Positions 40,572 through 51,750 of a DNA stretch of 64,000 nt are shown here, piece after piece. The notes under the pieces are model-generated. The model was not told the origin of the DNA and did not search any database. It worked only from the letters and a program-made list of their open reading frames with translations. The translations under genes were made by a program, and so were the position numbers. The stretch is taken from the NCBI GenBank assembly GCA_963723445.1, contig CAVRQP010000009.1, forward strand, positions 24,623 to 88,622. Direction: 5' to 3'. Numbering within the stretch: position 1 is the first letter of the stretch; each line of letters opens with the position of its first letter. The stretch is from Vulcanimicrobiota bacterium. GTDB lineage: Bacteria; Vulcanimicrobiota; Vulcanimicrobiia; Vulcanimicrobiales; Vulcanimicrobiaceae.

Positions 40572-40950
40572 ATGGGTAGCGGACACCTCACGCGCGCCGA
40601 GTTCGAGCGCGTCGTCACCGAAGCGCTCGATGCGCTCCCGAAGCGCTTCGCCGACCTGATCGAGAACGTCGTCATCGCGGTCGAGGACGAGCCGACCGAC
40701 GAGGATCTCGAAAGCATCGACGATGACGACGGTGAGGGTGATTCCGAGCTGCTCGGGATCTATCGCGGCGTGGCGCTCACCGAACGGAGCCGACGAGCCG
40801 CCGCTGCTGCCCGACGAGATCGCGGTGTTTCGCGGACCGATCAACCGCATCACCCGCACGCGCGCGGAGGCCGTGTTCGAGGTGCGGGAAACGGTGATTC
40901 ACGAGCTCGGCCACTACTTCGGGCTCGACGACGACGAGATGCCCCATTGA
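40572..40950 (+). CDS. Minimal zincin metallopeptidase (DUF1025-like); frameshift near 40790
   Basis: [38 protein letters not shown]. Confidence 0.88.
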
Positions 40951-41376
40951 GTCCACGCTCGCGCCCGGGTTGGCCGTCGCGAAATCGCGCGATTCACGGG
41001 CGAGGATGTTTCGCGACGGTGCGCATTCACGCGGCGGAAGAAGATCGCCGAGTACACCGGCGAGCGCATCACCAACGCCGAAGCGCAGCGCCGCGGACAC
41101 CGCCGCGTGCTGCGGATCAGCGGTCTCGATCATCGCTACAGCATCGACGGCTCGCGCGGCGGGAACGGTACGCACTACATCAACCACTCGTGCCGGCCGA
41201 ACTGCTACCTGCAAACCATCAGCGGCCGCTTGATCGTGCTCGCGCTGCGCGACATCCGGCGCGGCGAAGAGATCACGCTGGACTACGTCTCGTCGATGCA
41301 CTCCGACCACAAGCGCTGCTCCTGCAAAGCGCCGGACTGCCGCGGCACGATCAATAAGACCAGCCGCGGCGCCTGA
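40947..41376 (+). CDS. SET-domain protein-lysine methyltransferase with post-SET motif; frameshifts near 40975-41035
   Basis: IHGRGCFA, IAEYTGERI, YINHSCRPN, GEEITLDY, CSCKAPDCRG. Confidence 0.88.
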
Positions 41377-41647
41377 GGTCCCAGGCCGCCAGCAGTCCGA
41401 CGCCGCCGGCAACGACCAGCCCGGCGCCGACCCAGGGCCACCGCGCGTCGCTCGACCGGCCCGCGACGATCATCGAGGATCCCGGCAACGACGAACGCGG
41501 CCGGTAAGCCGAACATCATCGCCCAGAAGAAGCTTCGTGCGGCGTCGCTGCCCCGCTGAGGTTGCATCCCGGCACGCTTCGGAACGGCAGCGTGTTTCCT
41601 TGCCGCCGGGAGGCGGCAAAGATGAGGAAGCGAATCGCGTCTTCGCC

Positions 41648-42721
41648 ATGCACCGCATCGTGTTCGTTTGCATTTCGGTTGCAGCCGCCGTCGCGAGCGG
41701 CATCCCGGCCTTGGCCGATCCGAACCTCGCTGCGGCGAATGCGGCGATGGCGGCGGTCGTGCAGCGAGCCAAGGCGCCGGGCGCCGGCTTTGCGGTCGGC
41801 GACGGCGGGCGCATCATCGAGGCCACGGGGTTCGGGTACGCCGACATCGCGGCGCGAACGCCGGTCGGGCCCGAGACGATGTTCGCGCTGGCGAGCTGCT
41901 CGAAGCCGATCACCGCGATGGCAATCATGAAGCTCGTCGACGACGGTAAGATCACGCTCGAGACGCGGGCCTTTGCCTTTCTCGACCTGCCTAACCTCGC
42001 CGATCCACGTTCGGCCGGGATCACGATCGAGAACCTGTTGAACCATTCGTCGGGGTTGCCGCACGACGTGCTCGCGAACACCGACGACCCGATGAACACC
42101 GCGCGAGCCGCCGCGCAGGCGCGCCTTGCGTTCGCGCCCGGAATGCAGCAGGCGTACTCCAACGCCGGTTTCAACGTGCTCGGCGCGATCGTCGAAAAGG
42201 CGAGCGGGCAACGCTATATGGACTTCGTCGAGGCCACGGTGTTTCGCCCGGCCGGCGTCACGCGGTTCGGCGCGCTCGAGTCGGCGTCGGTCATCCCGGG
42301 GCAAGCCGTGCGGTATGCGAAGAATGGGCGGCCGGTTGTGAACAAGCGCAGCGAGGGAGGTACGCCGGCCGGTGGTTGGATTCTCTCGCCGTCGGACATG
42401 GTGCGCATCCTGATGGCCTACGACGCCGGGAAGATCGTCTCGCCGGCGTCGCGCGCCGCGATGCTCGCGCCGCCGGTAGCGCCGTTGCGGCCACGCGCGA
42501 ACGGAAGCGCGTTCGGCCTGGGCTGGGACGTCGTGCTCCGCGCAGGCGGCGATCCGAACGCCGTCTTGTACGGAAAGAACGGCGGCATCCAAGGGTCGAG
42601 CACGTGGATCGAGCATCGCCCCGACGGCGTCGACTTCGCCGCGTTCTACAACGGCGGCAACGGCAGCGGTGCGCATCGTCCCGACCTCGCCGCCGTCGAA
42701 CGCTCGCTCGATCGGCGCTGA
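41648..42721 (+). CDS. Secreted serine hydrolase (beta-lactamase fold), paralog of 33230..34301
   Basis: SCSK, LLNHSSGL, YSNAGFNVLGAIVEKASG, TPAGGW, YGKNGG. Confidence 0.88.
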   Translation: MHRIVFVCISVAAAVASGIPALADPNLAAANAAMAAVVQRAKAPGAGFAVGDGGRIIEATGFGYADIAARTPVGPETMFALASCSKPITAMAIMKLVDDGKITLETRAFAFLDLPNLADPRSAGITIENLLNHSSGLPHDVLANTDDPMNTARAAAQARLAFAPGMQQAYSNAGFNVLGAIVEKASGQRYMDFVEATVFRPAGVTRFGALESASVIPGQAVRYAKNGRPVVNKRSEGGTPAGGWILSPSDMVRILMAYDAGKIVSPASRAAMLAPPVAPLRPRANGSAFGLGWDVVLRAGGDPNAVLYGKNGGIQGSSTWIEHRPDGVDFAAFYNGGNGSGAHRPDLAAVERSLDRR

Positions 42722-42822
42722 TTGTTTCACGGCGCTCGCTTGAAGCCGGGCTGACGCTCGCTCGCGTTCAAGTTACGGAGCTCCTGTTGCGTGTCACGTG
42801 AAAACGGGTATTCTTCGGTATC

Positions 42823-43236
42823 ATGAAAACGTCCACCGCAGTCGATCTCCTCCGCCCGGTCGCTTTAGGCGTCGGCATCTTCGCTGCCACGAGCGCGATC
42901 GGGGCGGCGCAAATGAACTCCACCCCGTGCACGCAATCCCCGTCCGCGTACAATACGTTCGATCCCGAGTACAACAGCGTCAACGCTTGGGAGCCGACAT
43001 GGGATACCGGTGCGTACGACCGCAACCACATGATCCTCGGCACCGTCGGTTCGTTCGCCCCGTTCCGGCTTACGCTGACGAGCAGCCAAGGCGACACGAT
43101 GACGATCGACCTCAAGCAAGGGACCGTCATTCGGCCCAACGGTCTGACGCCGTCGTCAGGCCAGCGCGTGGCCGTCTTCGGTTATTGGAGCAACGGCACG
43201 TTCATCGCCAACCGCGTCGTCCTCCACGGCTCCTAA
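42823..43236 (+). CDS. Secreted hypothetical protein (C-terminal small beta-barrel-like)
   Basis: Signal peptide; IDLKQGTVIRPNGLT..GQRVAVFGYW. Confidence 0.7.
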   Translation: MKTSTAVDLLRPVALGVGIFAATSAIGAAQMNSTPCTQSPSAYNTFDPEYNSVNAWEPTWDTGAYDRNHMILGTVGSFAPFRLTLTSSQGDTMTIDLKQGTVIRPNGLTPSSGQRVAVFGYWSNGTFIANRVVLHGS

Positions 43237-43254
43237 ACCTCGGCGACGAAGCCT

Positions 43255-43891
43255 GTGAGCCGTTCCGCCGCGCAGTTCGTGCCTGCGCGGCGAACGCTCG
43301 CGAGCTTGAAGAAGGCCGCGGCGCACTGCCGCGGCTGCGATCTGTACAAGGATGCGACGCAGACCGTCTTCGGCGAAGGCCGCAGCCGGGCGATCGCGAT
43401 GTTCGTCGGCGAGCAGCCCGGCGACCGTGAAGATCGCGAAGGCCGGCCGTTCGTCGGCCCGGCCGGCACGCTGTTGCGTGATGCCATGGCCGCGGCCGGA
43501 ATATCGATGCGACGACGTCTACATCACCAACGCCGTCAAGCATTTCAAGTTCGTCGAGCGCGGCAAGCGCCGCATCCACGCGAAACCCAAGCGGACCGAA
43601 GTGCTCGCCTGCGAGCCGTGGCTGATCGAAGAGATCGCGTGCGTGCGCCCGCAGTTGGTCGTCGCGCTCGGCGCGACCGCCGCCGGAGCGCTGCTCGGCC
43701 CGGCATTTCGTCTGACGCAGCACCGCGGTGAAGTGGTCGCCTCGCCGCACGCGCGGCGCGTGATCGCCACAGTGCATCCGTCCTCGATCCTGCGAGCGCG
43801 TGACGGCGACGCGCGCCGCGTCGAGCTGGCCGCCTTCGTCGACGACCTCAAAGTCGTCGCCGCGCTCATGCGCGCGAACGCCGCGCGCTGA
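43255..43891 (+). CDS. udgX: UdgX-family uracil-DNA binding protein; frameshift near 43510
   Basis: C..C.LY, VGEQPGD.ED..G.PFVGPAG, TNAVKHFKF, KRRIH loop, ATVHPSSILR. Confidence 0.88.
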
Positions 43892-43958
43892 CGACGGTTC
43901 CGAGAACGGTCGCTATCCGAGCCCAGGTCCTCCCTGCTGCCCAGCCAAAGGGTGAGCG

Positions 43959-44815
43959 ATGAACACGACGATCGTTCGGATCGCGGTCTGCGGGCTTTTC
44001 GTGCTCGGCGGCCTGGTGAGCCCGGCTGCTGCCCAAAAGACGACACCCCGGCCTGCCGCGATGCCGGCCCGGCCGGCACCGAGTCCGTCGCCGACGCCGC
44101 TCGCCTTCACGGCCCGCGCGCACGCGGACATCACGGTCGTCACGGCCGACCGGACGATCGACGGCAAGGCCGTACTCGGGATGTCGCAGCGCGCGAACTT
44201 GACGCGCGTCGACGTGATCTCGGTGACGACCGACGCGATACCGCTGCCGCCGATCAGCGTGAGCTTCGTGGTCGATCGCAATGCCCGGACCGTCACCTCG
44301 TGGAGCGCCGCGACGAAGCAGTACTACGTCCAACGCATGTCGCCGGCCCCGAGCCCCGGGCCGACGCCGGCGCCGAAGCCGCTGGGGCTGTTCGCCGGCA
44401 CGTCACCGTTTGCGAAGCTCGACGTCCTCGACGTGAGCATAAAGCTGACCGGGCACACGACGACCGCCGGCATCGCGACCACCGGCCTGCTGATCGATGG
44501 ACACTTCGCGAAAAAAGGGTCGACGAACGTCGCGCACGCGACGGTGACCACGCAACTCGCCGACGACTTCGGGGCGTTTCCGCTGACGATCGACGCGTCG
44601 CTCGAACCCGGCGCCCCGTCGACGGGCGTCACCTCGCCGGCGAGCGTGAAACTCTCCTACGCGGTCGACGAGTTGACGCGCGCGCTGCCGGCGGCGGCGG
44701 GTTTCCGCGTGCCGGCCGGGTATCGCCGCGCGACATCGATGCTGGCGGTGATTTTCCCGGGCCAGTCGAGCGCGCCAACTTCGCTGCGTCGCCCTCGCCC
44801 TCGCCCTCGCCTTAG
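43959..44815 (+). CDS. Secreted hypothetical protein (3' end probably frameshifted)
   Basis: Signal peptide, PSPSPTP linkers, F.VPAGY near the end. Confidence 0.65.
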
Positions 44816-45304
44816 CTCGCGCGTGTGCGGCGCGCTTTGCGCAGGGCGCGCGGAAGCTCGGCGCGCGGCACCGTGCGCGCGTTGCGCGCCGAAACCTCCG
44901 AGCCGCAGTGCCCGCACGTCAATACGGGCTGTGTCGTCTTCCCGCACGCGTCGTGGACCAGAACGCGCGGCGCCGGATCGGCTCCGCGCAGATGGCGGTC
45001 GCCGTATTGCAGGAGCGCGATCAGGACCGGGTAGAGATCGCGGCCCTTCTCGGTGACGACGTAGTCGAAGCGCGGCGGGATGCTCCTGATACGGCCGGCG
45101 CTCGAGGATCCCGGCATCGGTGAGGCGCTTGAGCCTCAGGGTCAGCACGTTCGTCGCGACGCCGAGGCCGCTCTTGAGCTCGTCGAAACGGTGCGCGCCG
45201 CGAAACACGTCGCGCAGCACGAGCAGCGTCCACCAGTCGCCGACGACGTCGAGCGTGCGCGCGATCGAGCATGACCGGGTGCCGAACGTCTTGCGGGTGC
45301 TCAT
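44812..45304 (-). CDS. HxlR-family regulator; frameshift near 45080
   Basis: CSIARTLDVVGDWWTLLVLRD, RFDEL, Y..TEKGRDL.PVL.AL, H..CG...C.HCG. Confidence 0.88.
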
Positions 45305-45308
45305 CGCA

Positions 45309-45350
45309 GCGAGTCATAGCGCTGTGAGTTGCAAAAAGCAAGTGACTCGC
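45309..45350. promoter_or_regulatory. Operator candidate between the HxlR and MATE genes
   Basis: AGTTGCAAAAAGCAAGT (45327-45343) within an outer GCGAGTCA/TGACTCGC inverted repeat. Confidence 0.6.
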
Positions 45351-45352
45351 GT

Positions 45353-46774
45353 ATGATGGCCGGCATGACCAGCACCATCGTTGCCGCGCCGCCCGCGGCA
45401 CCGGGCGCACCGGCGGCGGAGCTCGATCCGCGGACGCGGGCGCTCTTGTACGCGCCGATCGTGCCGTTGCTGCTGACCCTCGCATGGCCGAACGTCGTCG
45501 TCATGCTGGCCCAAGCCAGCACCGGGCTGATCGAAACGTTTTGGGTCTCTCGGCTGGGGACCGACGCGCTGGCCGGGATGGCGCTGGTCTTTCCGGGCGT
45601 GATGCTGATGCAGATGATCTCGGCCGGCTCGCTCGGCGGCGGGATCTCCTCGGCGATCGCTCGCGCGCTGGGCGCGCGGCGGCCCGACGATGCCGACGCG
45701 CTGGTCGTCCACGCGCTGATCATCAACGTCGCGCTCGGCATCCTCTTGTCGGCGCTGGTTCTGATATTCGGGCCCGACCTGTACCGCGCGCTGGGCGGCC
45801 GCGGCGCGTCGTTGGCGGCCGCGTTGAAATACTCCAACGTCGTGTTCGCCGGCAACGTGTTGCTCTGGGTGATGAACGGGTTGGCGAGTGCCGTCCGCGG
45901 CACGGGCAACATGCTTTTCCCGGCCTTGGTCGTTGTCGCGGGCGCGTTCATTCTCATCCCGCTCTCGCCGCTGCTGATCTTCGGCATCGGCCCGTTCCCC
46001 GCGCTCGGCATCGCGGGCGGCGGCGTCGCGATGGTGATCTCCTTTGCCGGCGGAGCCGCTGCGCTGGCGTACTACGTGCTGTCCGGTCGCAGCGTCGTGC
46101 GCATCCGGCGCAGCCCGCTGCGCCGCGCGTTCTTCACCGACATTCTGGCTGTCGGCGGCGTCGCGACCGTGTCGTCGCTGCAGACCAACGTCACCATCGG
46201 TTGCGCGACCGCGCTGGTCGCCGGCATTGCCGGACCGGCCGGCGTCGCGGGGTACGGAACCGGCGCGCGTTTGGAGTATCTGCTGATCCCGCTGGTGTTC
46301 GGCTTGGGCGCGCCGCTCGTGGCGCTGGTCGGAACGAACATCGGCGCCGGACAGCCGAAACGTGCGCTGCGCATCGCCTTCGTCGGCGCGGCGATCGCGT
46401 TCGTCATGACCGAGGCGATCGGCGTGGGCGCCGCGATCTGGCCGCGCGCCTGGCTGGGCCTGTTCGGCTCCGATCCCGGCATGTTGGCGACCGGCACGGC
46501 GTACTTGCGCGCCGTCGGACCGTTCTACGGATTCTTCGGTCTGGGCCTCGCGTTGTATTTCGCTTCGCAGGGAGCGGGCCGTCTGGGCTGGCCGTTGCTG
46601 GCCGGATTTCTGCGCATGGTCGTCGGCCTGGCCGGCGGCTGGTTCGTCCTGCGCGCGACCGGTTCGCTGCTGGGATTGTTCGTCGCGCTCGGCTCGGGGA
46701 TGCTCACCTACGGTGTCGTGGTGACGGCTGCCGTCGCGCTCGGCTCGTGGTTTCGGCGCGTAAGCTCAGGATGA
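45353..46774 (+). CDS. MATE-family efflux transporter
   Basis: LAWPN, LGTDALAG, GGGISSAIARALGA, RGTGN, VGTNIGAG; about 12 TM segments. Confidence 0.92.
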   Translation: MMAGMTSTIVAAPPAAPGAPAAELDPRTRALLYAPIVPLLLTLAWPNVVVMLAQASTGLIETFWVSRLGTDALAGMALVFPGVMLMQMISAGSLGGGISSAIARALGARRPDDADALVVHALIINVALGILLSALVLIFGPDLYRALGGRGASLAAALKYSNVVFAGNVLLWVMNGLASAVRGTGNMLFPALVVVAGAFILIPLSPLLIFGIGPFPALGIAGGGVAMVISFAGGAAALAYYVLSGRSVVRIRRSPLRRAFFTDILAVGGVATVSSLQTNVTIGCATALVAGIAGPAGVAGYGTGARLEYLLIPLVFGLGAPLVALVGTNIGAGQPKRALRIAFVGAAIAFVMTEAIGVGAAIWPRAWLGLFGSDPGMLATGTAYLRAVGPFYGFFGLGLALYFASQGAGRLGWPLLAGFLRMVVGLAGGWFVLRATGSLLGLFVALGSGMLTYGVVVTAAVALGSWFRRVSSG

Positions 46775-46783
46775 CATGGACCG

Positions 46784-47500
46784 TTATCGACTCGAGAGGA
46801 TGGGTGGCACGCGGTATGTACCGTCGAGACCGCTTTTTGTCGGCCAGTACAAACGTAACGTGACCAGAAACGGTCCGGCGGGCGTGGGTAGCCAGTTCGT
46901 TTGATCGCCTTCCGGCGCGTCGTGTTGGATCGCGACGCCGATCGATCCCTCAGTGTGCGGACTCAGGTTGGTGTCGCGCAGCGCGTAGCGGCCGATCGGA
47001 TTCGGGACGAAGAAGTGGTCGGGACCGTAGGGCGCCAGCGACGAGAACGCGTTCGCCGGCCGGAGGTTCGCGGCGTCGAAATGGATCGTGTAGCGGCGTA
47101 GCCCTGAGGGCGGTGCGCCGTTGCCGTCGACCGAGGTCTCTGGATATACGCCGATGCCGCCTAGGCGCCGAGATCGGCGCGTCCGCGGCGCGCGGCGGGT
47201 CCTGCGCCACGTGCACGAAAACTAGAACGTCTGCCCTATCACGCGCAGCCACCCGGAAGGGGCGTCGGTGCCGGTGTCGACGTCGGATCGATCAGAATCC
47301 GCGGCGGCTGGTACGACGCGTCGCCGAACCGGCTCGACGGCACCACATGATACTGCTGCTGGATCGTGGTGACGACGCCGCGTCGCCGCCATGCCGGCGC
47401 GCGCGAGTCGGCATCAGATGCGTCGTCGAGAAGCACGAGCGTCGGGCCGGCCGGCAGCGCGCCCTTCCAGCCGGGACCGGTGATCGCATAGTCTTACGGA
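46784..47500 (-). pseudogene. DUF1254/DUF1214 protein remnant (missed by the ORF track)
   Basis: DYAITGPGWKGALP and IQQQYHVVPSS (DUF1254-like), then VDGNG.P..G..RYTIHF, NAFSSL..Y, NPIGRYA, NWLPTPAGPF..TLRLYWP (DUF1214-like), stop at 46784. Confidence 0.75.
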
Positions 47501-47645
47501 GCCGATCCGGAAACGCGCGCGGTCGGATCCTCGCGAGCCGCCCGAGACGGCCCACGCCGGGTTCCGCTCGCTAATCGCCCCGGCGTGCGGCGCCCCGGTC
47601 CCGTCTGTGCTAGGATTGAAGCACGCGGCGAACGCAGGAGGGGCG

Positions 47646-48818
47646 ATGATCGCATCGAGTCCGGCCGGGATTCCCCGCACGATCTTCGATCCCGAGCACG
47701 CGATCCTGCGTGATGCGATGCGCCGCTTCTGCGAGCGGGAGATCGCGCCGTTTCACGACGGTTGGGAAACCGAAGGCATCGTGCCGCGCGCGATCTGGCG
47801 GCGTGCCGGCGAGCTCGGTTTCCTGTGCATGACGCTGCCGGCGGAGTACGGCGGCGCCGATGCCGACTTCCGCGCATCGGTCGTCTTCACCGAGGAGCTG
47901 GCGCGGATCGGCGCGAGCGGGCCTGGCTTCGCGCTGCAGTCGGACATCGTCGCGCCCTATATCTTGCGCTACGGCAGCGTCGAGCAGAAGCGGCGCTGGC
48001 TGCCTCGGCTGGCCTCGGGCGAGATCGTGAGCGCGATCGCGATGAGCGAGCCCGGCGCGGGCAGCGACCTCGCTGCGGTCGCGACGCGCGCGGAACGCGT
48101 CGACGGCGGCTACGCGATCAGCGGGTCGAAGACGTTCATCACCAACGGCGTGTTGGCCGATCTCGTCATTGTCGTCGCGAAGACCGATCCGAGCGCCGGA
48201 AGCCGCGGCGTCACGCTGTTCTTGGTCGAGCGTGGCGCGCCGGGATTCGCCGGCGGCCGTCCGCTCGAGAAGATCGGGCTCAAAGCGCAGGATACCGCCG
48301 AGCTCGCGTTCGACCGCGTGCGCGTCGGCGACGACGCGGTGCTGGGCGAGGTCGGCGGCGGTTTCAAGCTGCTCATGAGCGAGCTCGCGCAGGAGCGGCT
48401 TTCGATCGCCGTCACTGCCGTGGCGGCCGCCGAAACGGCACTCGCGCAGACGATCGCATACTGCGGCGAGCGTGAAGCCTTCGGCAAACGCATCCTCGAC
48501 TTCCAAAACACGCGCTTCTCATTAGCCACGCTCACGGCGAAGGTGGCGCTGGCGCGGGTATTCGTCGACCGGTGCATCGAGCTGCACTGCCGCGGCGAGC
48601 TCGACGCGACCACGGCGGCGATGGCGAAGCTCGAGACCACCGAGCTGCAGTTCCGCGTGCTCGACGAGTGCCTGCGGTTGCACGGCGGGTACGGTTACAT
48701 GCTGGACTATCCGATCGCGCGTGCGTGGGCCGACGGGCGCGTGCAACGCATCTACGGCGGGTCGAACGAGATCATGCGCGAGATCATCGGCCGGTCGCTC
48801 GAAGGGAGACGTGAATGA
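47646..48818 (+). CDS. Acyl-CoA dehydrogenase (long-chain type)
   Basis: IAMSEPGAGSDL, GSKTFITNG, KIGLKAQDTAEL, LHGGYGYM.DYPI, RIYGGSNEIM. Confidence 0.93.
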   Translation: MIASSPAGIPRTIFDPEHAILRDAMRRFCEREIAPFHDGWETEGIVPRAIWRRAGELGFLCMTLPAEYGGADADFRASVVFTEELARIGASGPGFALQSDIVAPYILRYGSVEQKRRWLPRLASGEIVSAIAMSEPGAGSDLAAVATRAERVDGGYAISGSKTFITNGVLADLVIVVAKTDPSAGSRGVTLFLVERGAPGFAGGRPLEKIGLKAQDTAELAFDRVRVGDDAVLGEVGGGFKLLMSELAQERLSIAVTAVAAAETALAQTIAYCGEREAFGKRILDFQNTRFSLATLTAKVALARVFVDRCIELHCRGELDATTAAMAKLETTELQFRVLDECLRLHGGYGYMLDYPIARAWADGRVQRIYGGSNEIMREIIGRSLEGRRE

Positions 48819-50461
48819 CCGCAACCGCCGTCGCTCCGGCGCTCACCGGGCTGATGATGGATCGCTCGCTGCAGATCTCGCGGCTGATCGATCACGCCGC
48901 GCTTTGGCACGGCGACGTCGAGATCGTCACCCAGCGCACCGGCGCCCCCGACCTGCGGTCCACCTACCGTGACGTGCGCGCGCGCAGCGCGCAACTGGCG
49001 CACGCGCTCGCGGAGCGGCTCGGCGTCGTCCCCGGCGAGCGCGTCGCGACGTTCGCGTGGAACACCCAGCGCCACTTGGAGCTCTACTACGGCGTCTCCG
49101 GCAGCGGGGCCGTGCTGCACACGGTCAACCCGCGCCTGTTCGCGCCGCAGGTCGTCTACATCATGAACCACGCGGGCGACCGCTACGTGTTCGTCGATGC
49201 CGGCCTCGTCCCGGTCCTCGAACCGCTGGCGGCGCGGTTGCCGCACGTCGAAGGTTACGTCGTGCTCTGCGCCGGCGAGGAGATGGCGGCGACGTCGCTG
49301 CCCAATGCCGTCGCCTACGAGTCGCTCATCGCCGGACTGCCGCGTGAGATCGAGTGGCCGGAGCTCGACGAGCGAACGGCATCGTCACTTTGCTACACCT
49401 CGGGGACGACCGGCAATCCCAAAGGCGTGCTGTACTCGCACCGCTCGACGGTGCTGCACACGTTCGCTCAGGCGGCATCGTGGCAAGCCGGTCCAGGGTC
49501 GCAGGCGTCGATCCTGCCGGTCATCCCGTTGTTCCATGCGAACGCGTGGGGATTGCCGTACCTCGCGCCGATGCAGGGCTCGAAGCTCGTCTTCGCCGAC
49601 CCGCACCTCGATCCGGCCGAGCTCTACGGCGCCCTCGAGCGCGAGCAGGTGACGCTGACCTGCGGGGTGCCGACGATCTGGCTGCGACTGCTCGAGTATC
49701 TCGATCGCAACGAGCTGCGTTTCTCGAGCCTCAAGCTGCTGGGTGTCGGCGGCTCGGCGCCGCCGCGCGCCCTCATCGAAGCGTTCGAGGTGAAGTACGG
49801 CGTGACCGTGCTCAACGCGTGGGGGATGACCGAGACGAGCCCGGTGTGCACCTACGGGACGCCGCGGGTCGAGCACAACGTGTTCCCGCAGTGCATCGAC
49901 TACAAGACGCGCGCCGGCCGCGCGCTGTTCGGCGTCGAGATTCGCATCGTCGACGACCGCGGCGCGCCGTTGCCGTTCGACGGCGTCGCGCAGGGCGAGA
50001 TCCACGTGCGCGGGCCCTGGATCGCGTCGGCGTACTTCGAGGACGACGAGGCGACCGCTCGCGGCGTCACCGCCGACGGTTGGCTGCGCACCGGCGACAT
50101 CGCGTCGATCGACGCGCACGGTTACGTGCAGATCCGGGATCGCGCGAAAGACGTGATCAAATCGGGCGGTGAGTGGATCAGCTCGATCGAGCTCGAAAAC
50201 GTCGCCGTCGCCGATCTCGACGTCGCCGAAGCGGCGGCGATCGGGATCCCGCATCCCACCTGGTCGGAACGTCCGGTGCTCTACGTCGTCGCGGCACCCG
50301 GCCGCGAGCTCGATGCGGCGAGCGTCATCGCGTTCCTCGACGGAAAGGTCGCCAAGTGGTGGATCCCCGACGAGGTGATCGTCGTGGCGGAGCTGCCGCA
50401 CACGGCGACGGGAAAGATCTCGAAGCGAACGTTGCGCGACCGCTACGCGGCGGCGCCGTAA
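48815..50461 (+). CDS. Fatty-acid--CoA ligase (AMP-binding)
   Basis: [48 protein letters not shown]. Confidence 0.93.
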   Translation: MTATAVAPALTGLMMDRSLQISRLIDHAALWHGDVEIVTQRTGAPDLRSTYRDVRARSAQLAHALAERLGVVPGERVATFAWNTQRHLELYYGVSGSGAVLHTVNPRLFAPQVVYIMNHAGDRYVFVDAGLVPVLEPLAARLPHVEGYVVLCAGEEMAATSLPNAVAYESLIAGLPREIEWPELDERTASSLCYTSGTTGNPKGVLYSHRSTVLHTFAQAASWQAGPGSQASILPVIPLFHANAWGLPYLAPMQGSKLVFADPHLDPAELYGALEREQVTLTCGVPTIWLRLLEYLDRNELRFSSLKLLGVGGSAPPRALIEAFEVKYGVTVLNAWGMTETSPVCTYGTPRVEHNVFPQCIDYKTRAGRALFGVEIRIVDDRGAPLPFDGVAQGEIHVRGPWIASAYFEDDEATARGVTADGWLRTGDIASIDAHGYVQIRDRAKDVIKSGGEWISSIELENVAVADLDVAEAAAIGIPHPTWSERPVLYVVAAPGRELDAASVIAFLDGKVAKWWIPDEVIVVAELPHTATGKISKRTLRDRYAAAP

Positions 50462-50473
50462 CGGAGCGCGGCG

Positions 50474-50926
50474 GTGCGTGTCACGATCGCATTCGCGGTG
50501 ACGTCAATCGGCTGGAGCTTCGGCGCCGCGATCTTCGGCGACGCGCTGGGTTGGAACGCGCTCGTCGTTCCGCTCGGCGCGGCCGTCATCGTCGCGCTGT
50601 TCGGCTGGTCGCGCCGCGGTCGTGACGTGGTCGACGTTTTCGCCGCCGCGATGGCGGTGTCGTACTCCGCGTTTCTCGGCTTGGCGCTGGCGCGTATCGT
50701 CAACCCGATCGTGCTCGCGCAGGAACCTGCGATGTGGTACGGCTCGGAACTGCACTTGCGCTGGCCCGTCGTGCTGCTGGCGGGAATCGCCTATGCGCTG
50801 ATCCTCACCACCTTTGTCGCGATTCCGTTCGCGCTGATCCCGGTTCGCCCGCACCTCGAAATCGAACGCAACGCCCGCTTCCTCTCGCTGATCGGAAACC
50901 TCGCCCACCGCGACGACTGCGTGTGA
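50474..50926 (+). CDS. Membrane protein (about 4 TM)
   Basis: Hydrophobic segments; follows the ligase. Confidence 0.6.
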   Translation: MRVTIAFAVTSIGWSFGAAIFGDALGWNALVVPLGAAVIVALFGWSRRGRDVVDVFAAAMAVSYSAFLGLALARIVNPIVLAQEPAMWYGSELHLRWPVVLLAGIAYALILTTFVAIPFALIPVRPHLEIERNARFLSLIGNLAHRDDCV

Positions 50927-50974
50927 TCCTGAGCTGACGACGTTCGGTTCCCCTCGGGCGCAGCTCAGGGCGAC
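50923..50974. repeat. Inverted pair of the REP-like repeat between convergent genes
   Basis: GTGATCCTGAGCTG (50923-50936) and CAGCTCAGGGCGAC (50961-50974). Confidence 0.55.
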
Positions 50975-50978
50975 GGCG

Positions 50979-51750
50979 TCATGCAGCTATCGGGCGGCAC
51001 GAGGTGCAAGGGGCGAGGCCTTGGGCCTGGGCTTCTTCGAGGCTGCGCAGGCCGAAGTACCCGCTGACCGTGTCGACGCGGGTGGCGATGTCGCCGCAGG
51101 TCGGCAAGCAGAAGTAGCCGTCGTCGGTGGCGACGTAGCGGAAACCACGATCGATGATCTTCTCGACGGCGCCGATATCGAGGCCTTCGCTTTCGAGCAG
51201 CGTGCGTTTGGCATCGCTGCCGAAGACGTAGCCGCCGACCGAGCAGTCGGTGCGAATGACGCGGTGGCACGGGATCAGCAGCGGTACGGGATTGCGCCCG
51301 AGTGCGTTGCCGACGGCGCGCGTCGCGTCGGGGGCGCCGATCTCGCGCGCGAGCCAGCGATACGGCCGTGCGTTGCCGCGCTTGATCTTGGCGGCGGTGT
51401 GCAGCACGCGCTGCTCGAACGGCGAGCAATCGCGCAGGTCGATCGGTACCGTCCACCCGTTCGCCCTGCAGTTTGGCACGCGCGGCAGTCGACGTCGGAT
51501 CGTCCTCGATCGCCCGAACCACGCGGCGCGCGAAGCGCTCGCCATACCACGCCTCGAACGTTTGCGCGTCGCCGGCCAACCGAACGGCCGACACGCCGGG
51601 CGCGCTCCAGGCGACGTACACCTCGCCGATCGCGCTGGGGCAGACCGTATAGCGGTCGAGGCCGATCGCGGCGAACAGGTTGGCGGTGAAGTTGGGCGAC
51701 GCCGAGCGCCGCGTCGCGTCGCGATAGTCGCGCAGGTTCGATTCAGTCAT
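50979..51750 (-). CDS. Methylated-DNA--protein-cysteine methyltransferase with C-terminal Ada Zn domain; frameshift near 51455
   Basis: RAVGNALGRNPVPLLIPCHRVIR (Ogt); FCLPTC...APCTSCRP (Ada four-Cys site). Confidence 0.88.

Noticed and set aside
41380-41567. Short hydrophobic minus-strand ORF
   Set aside because: No recognisable family or convincing start.
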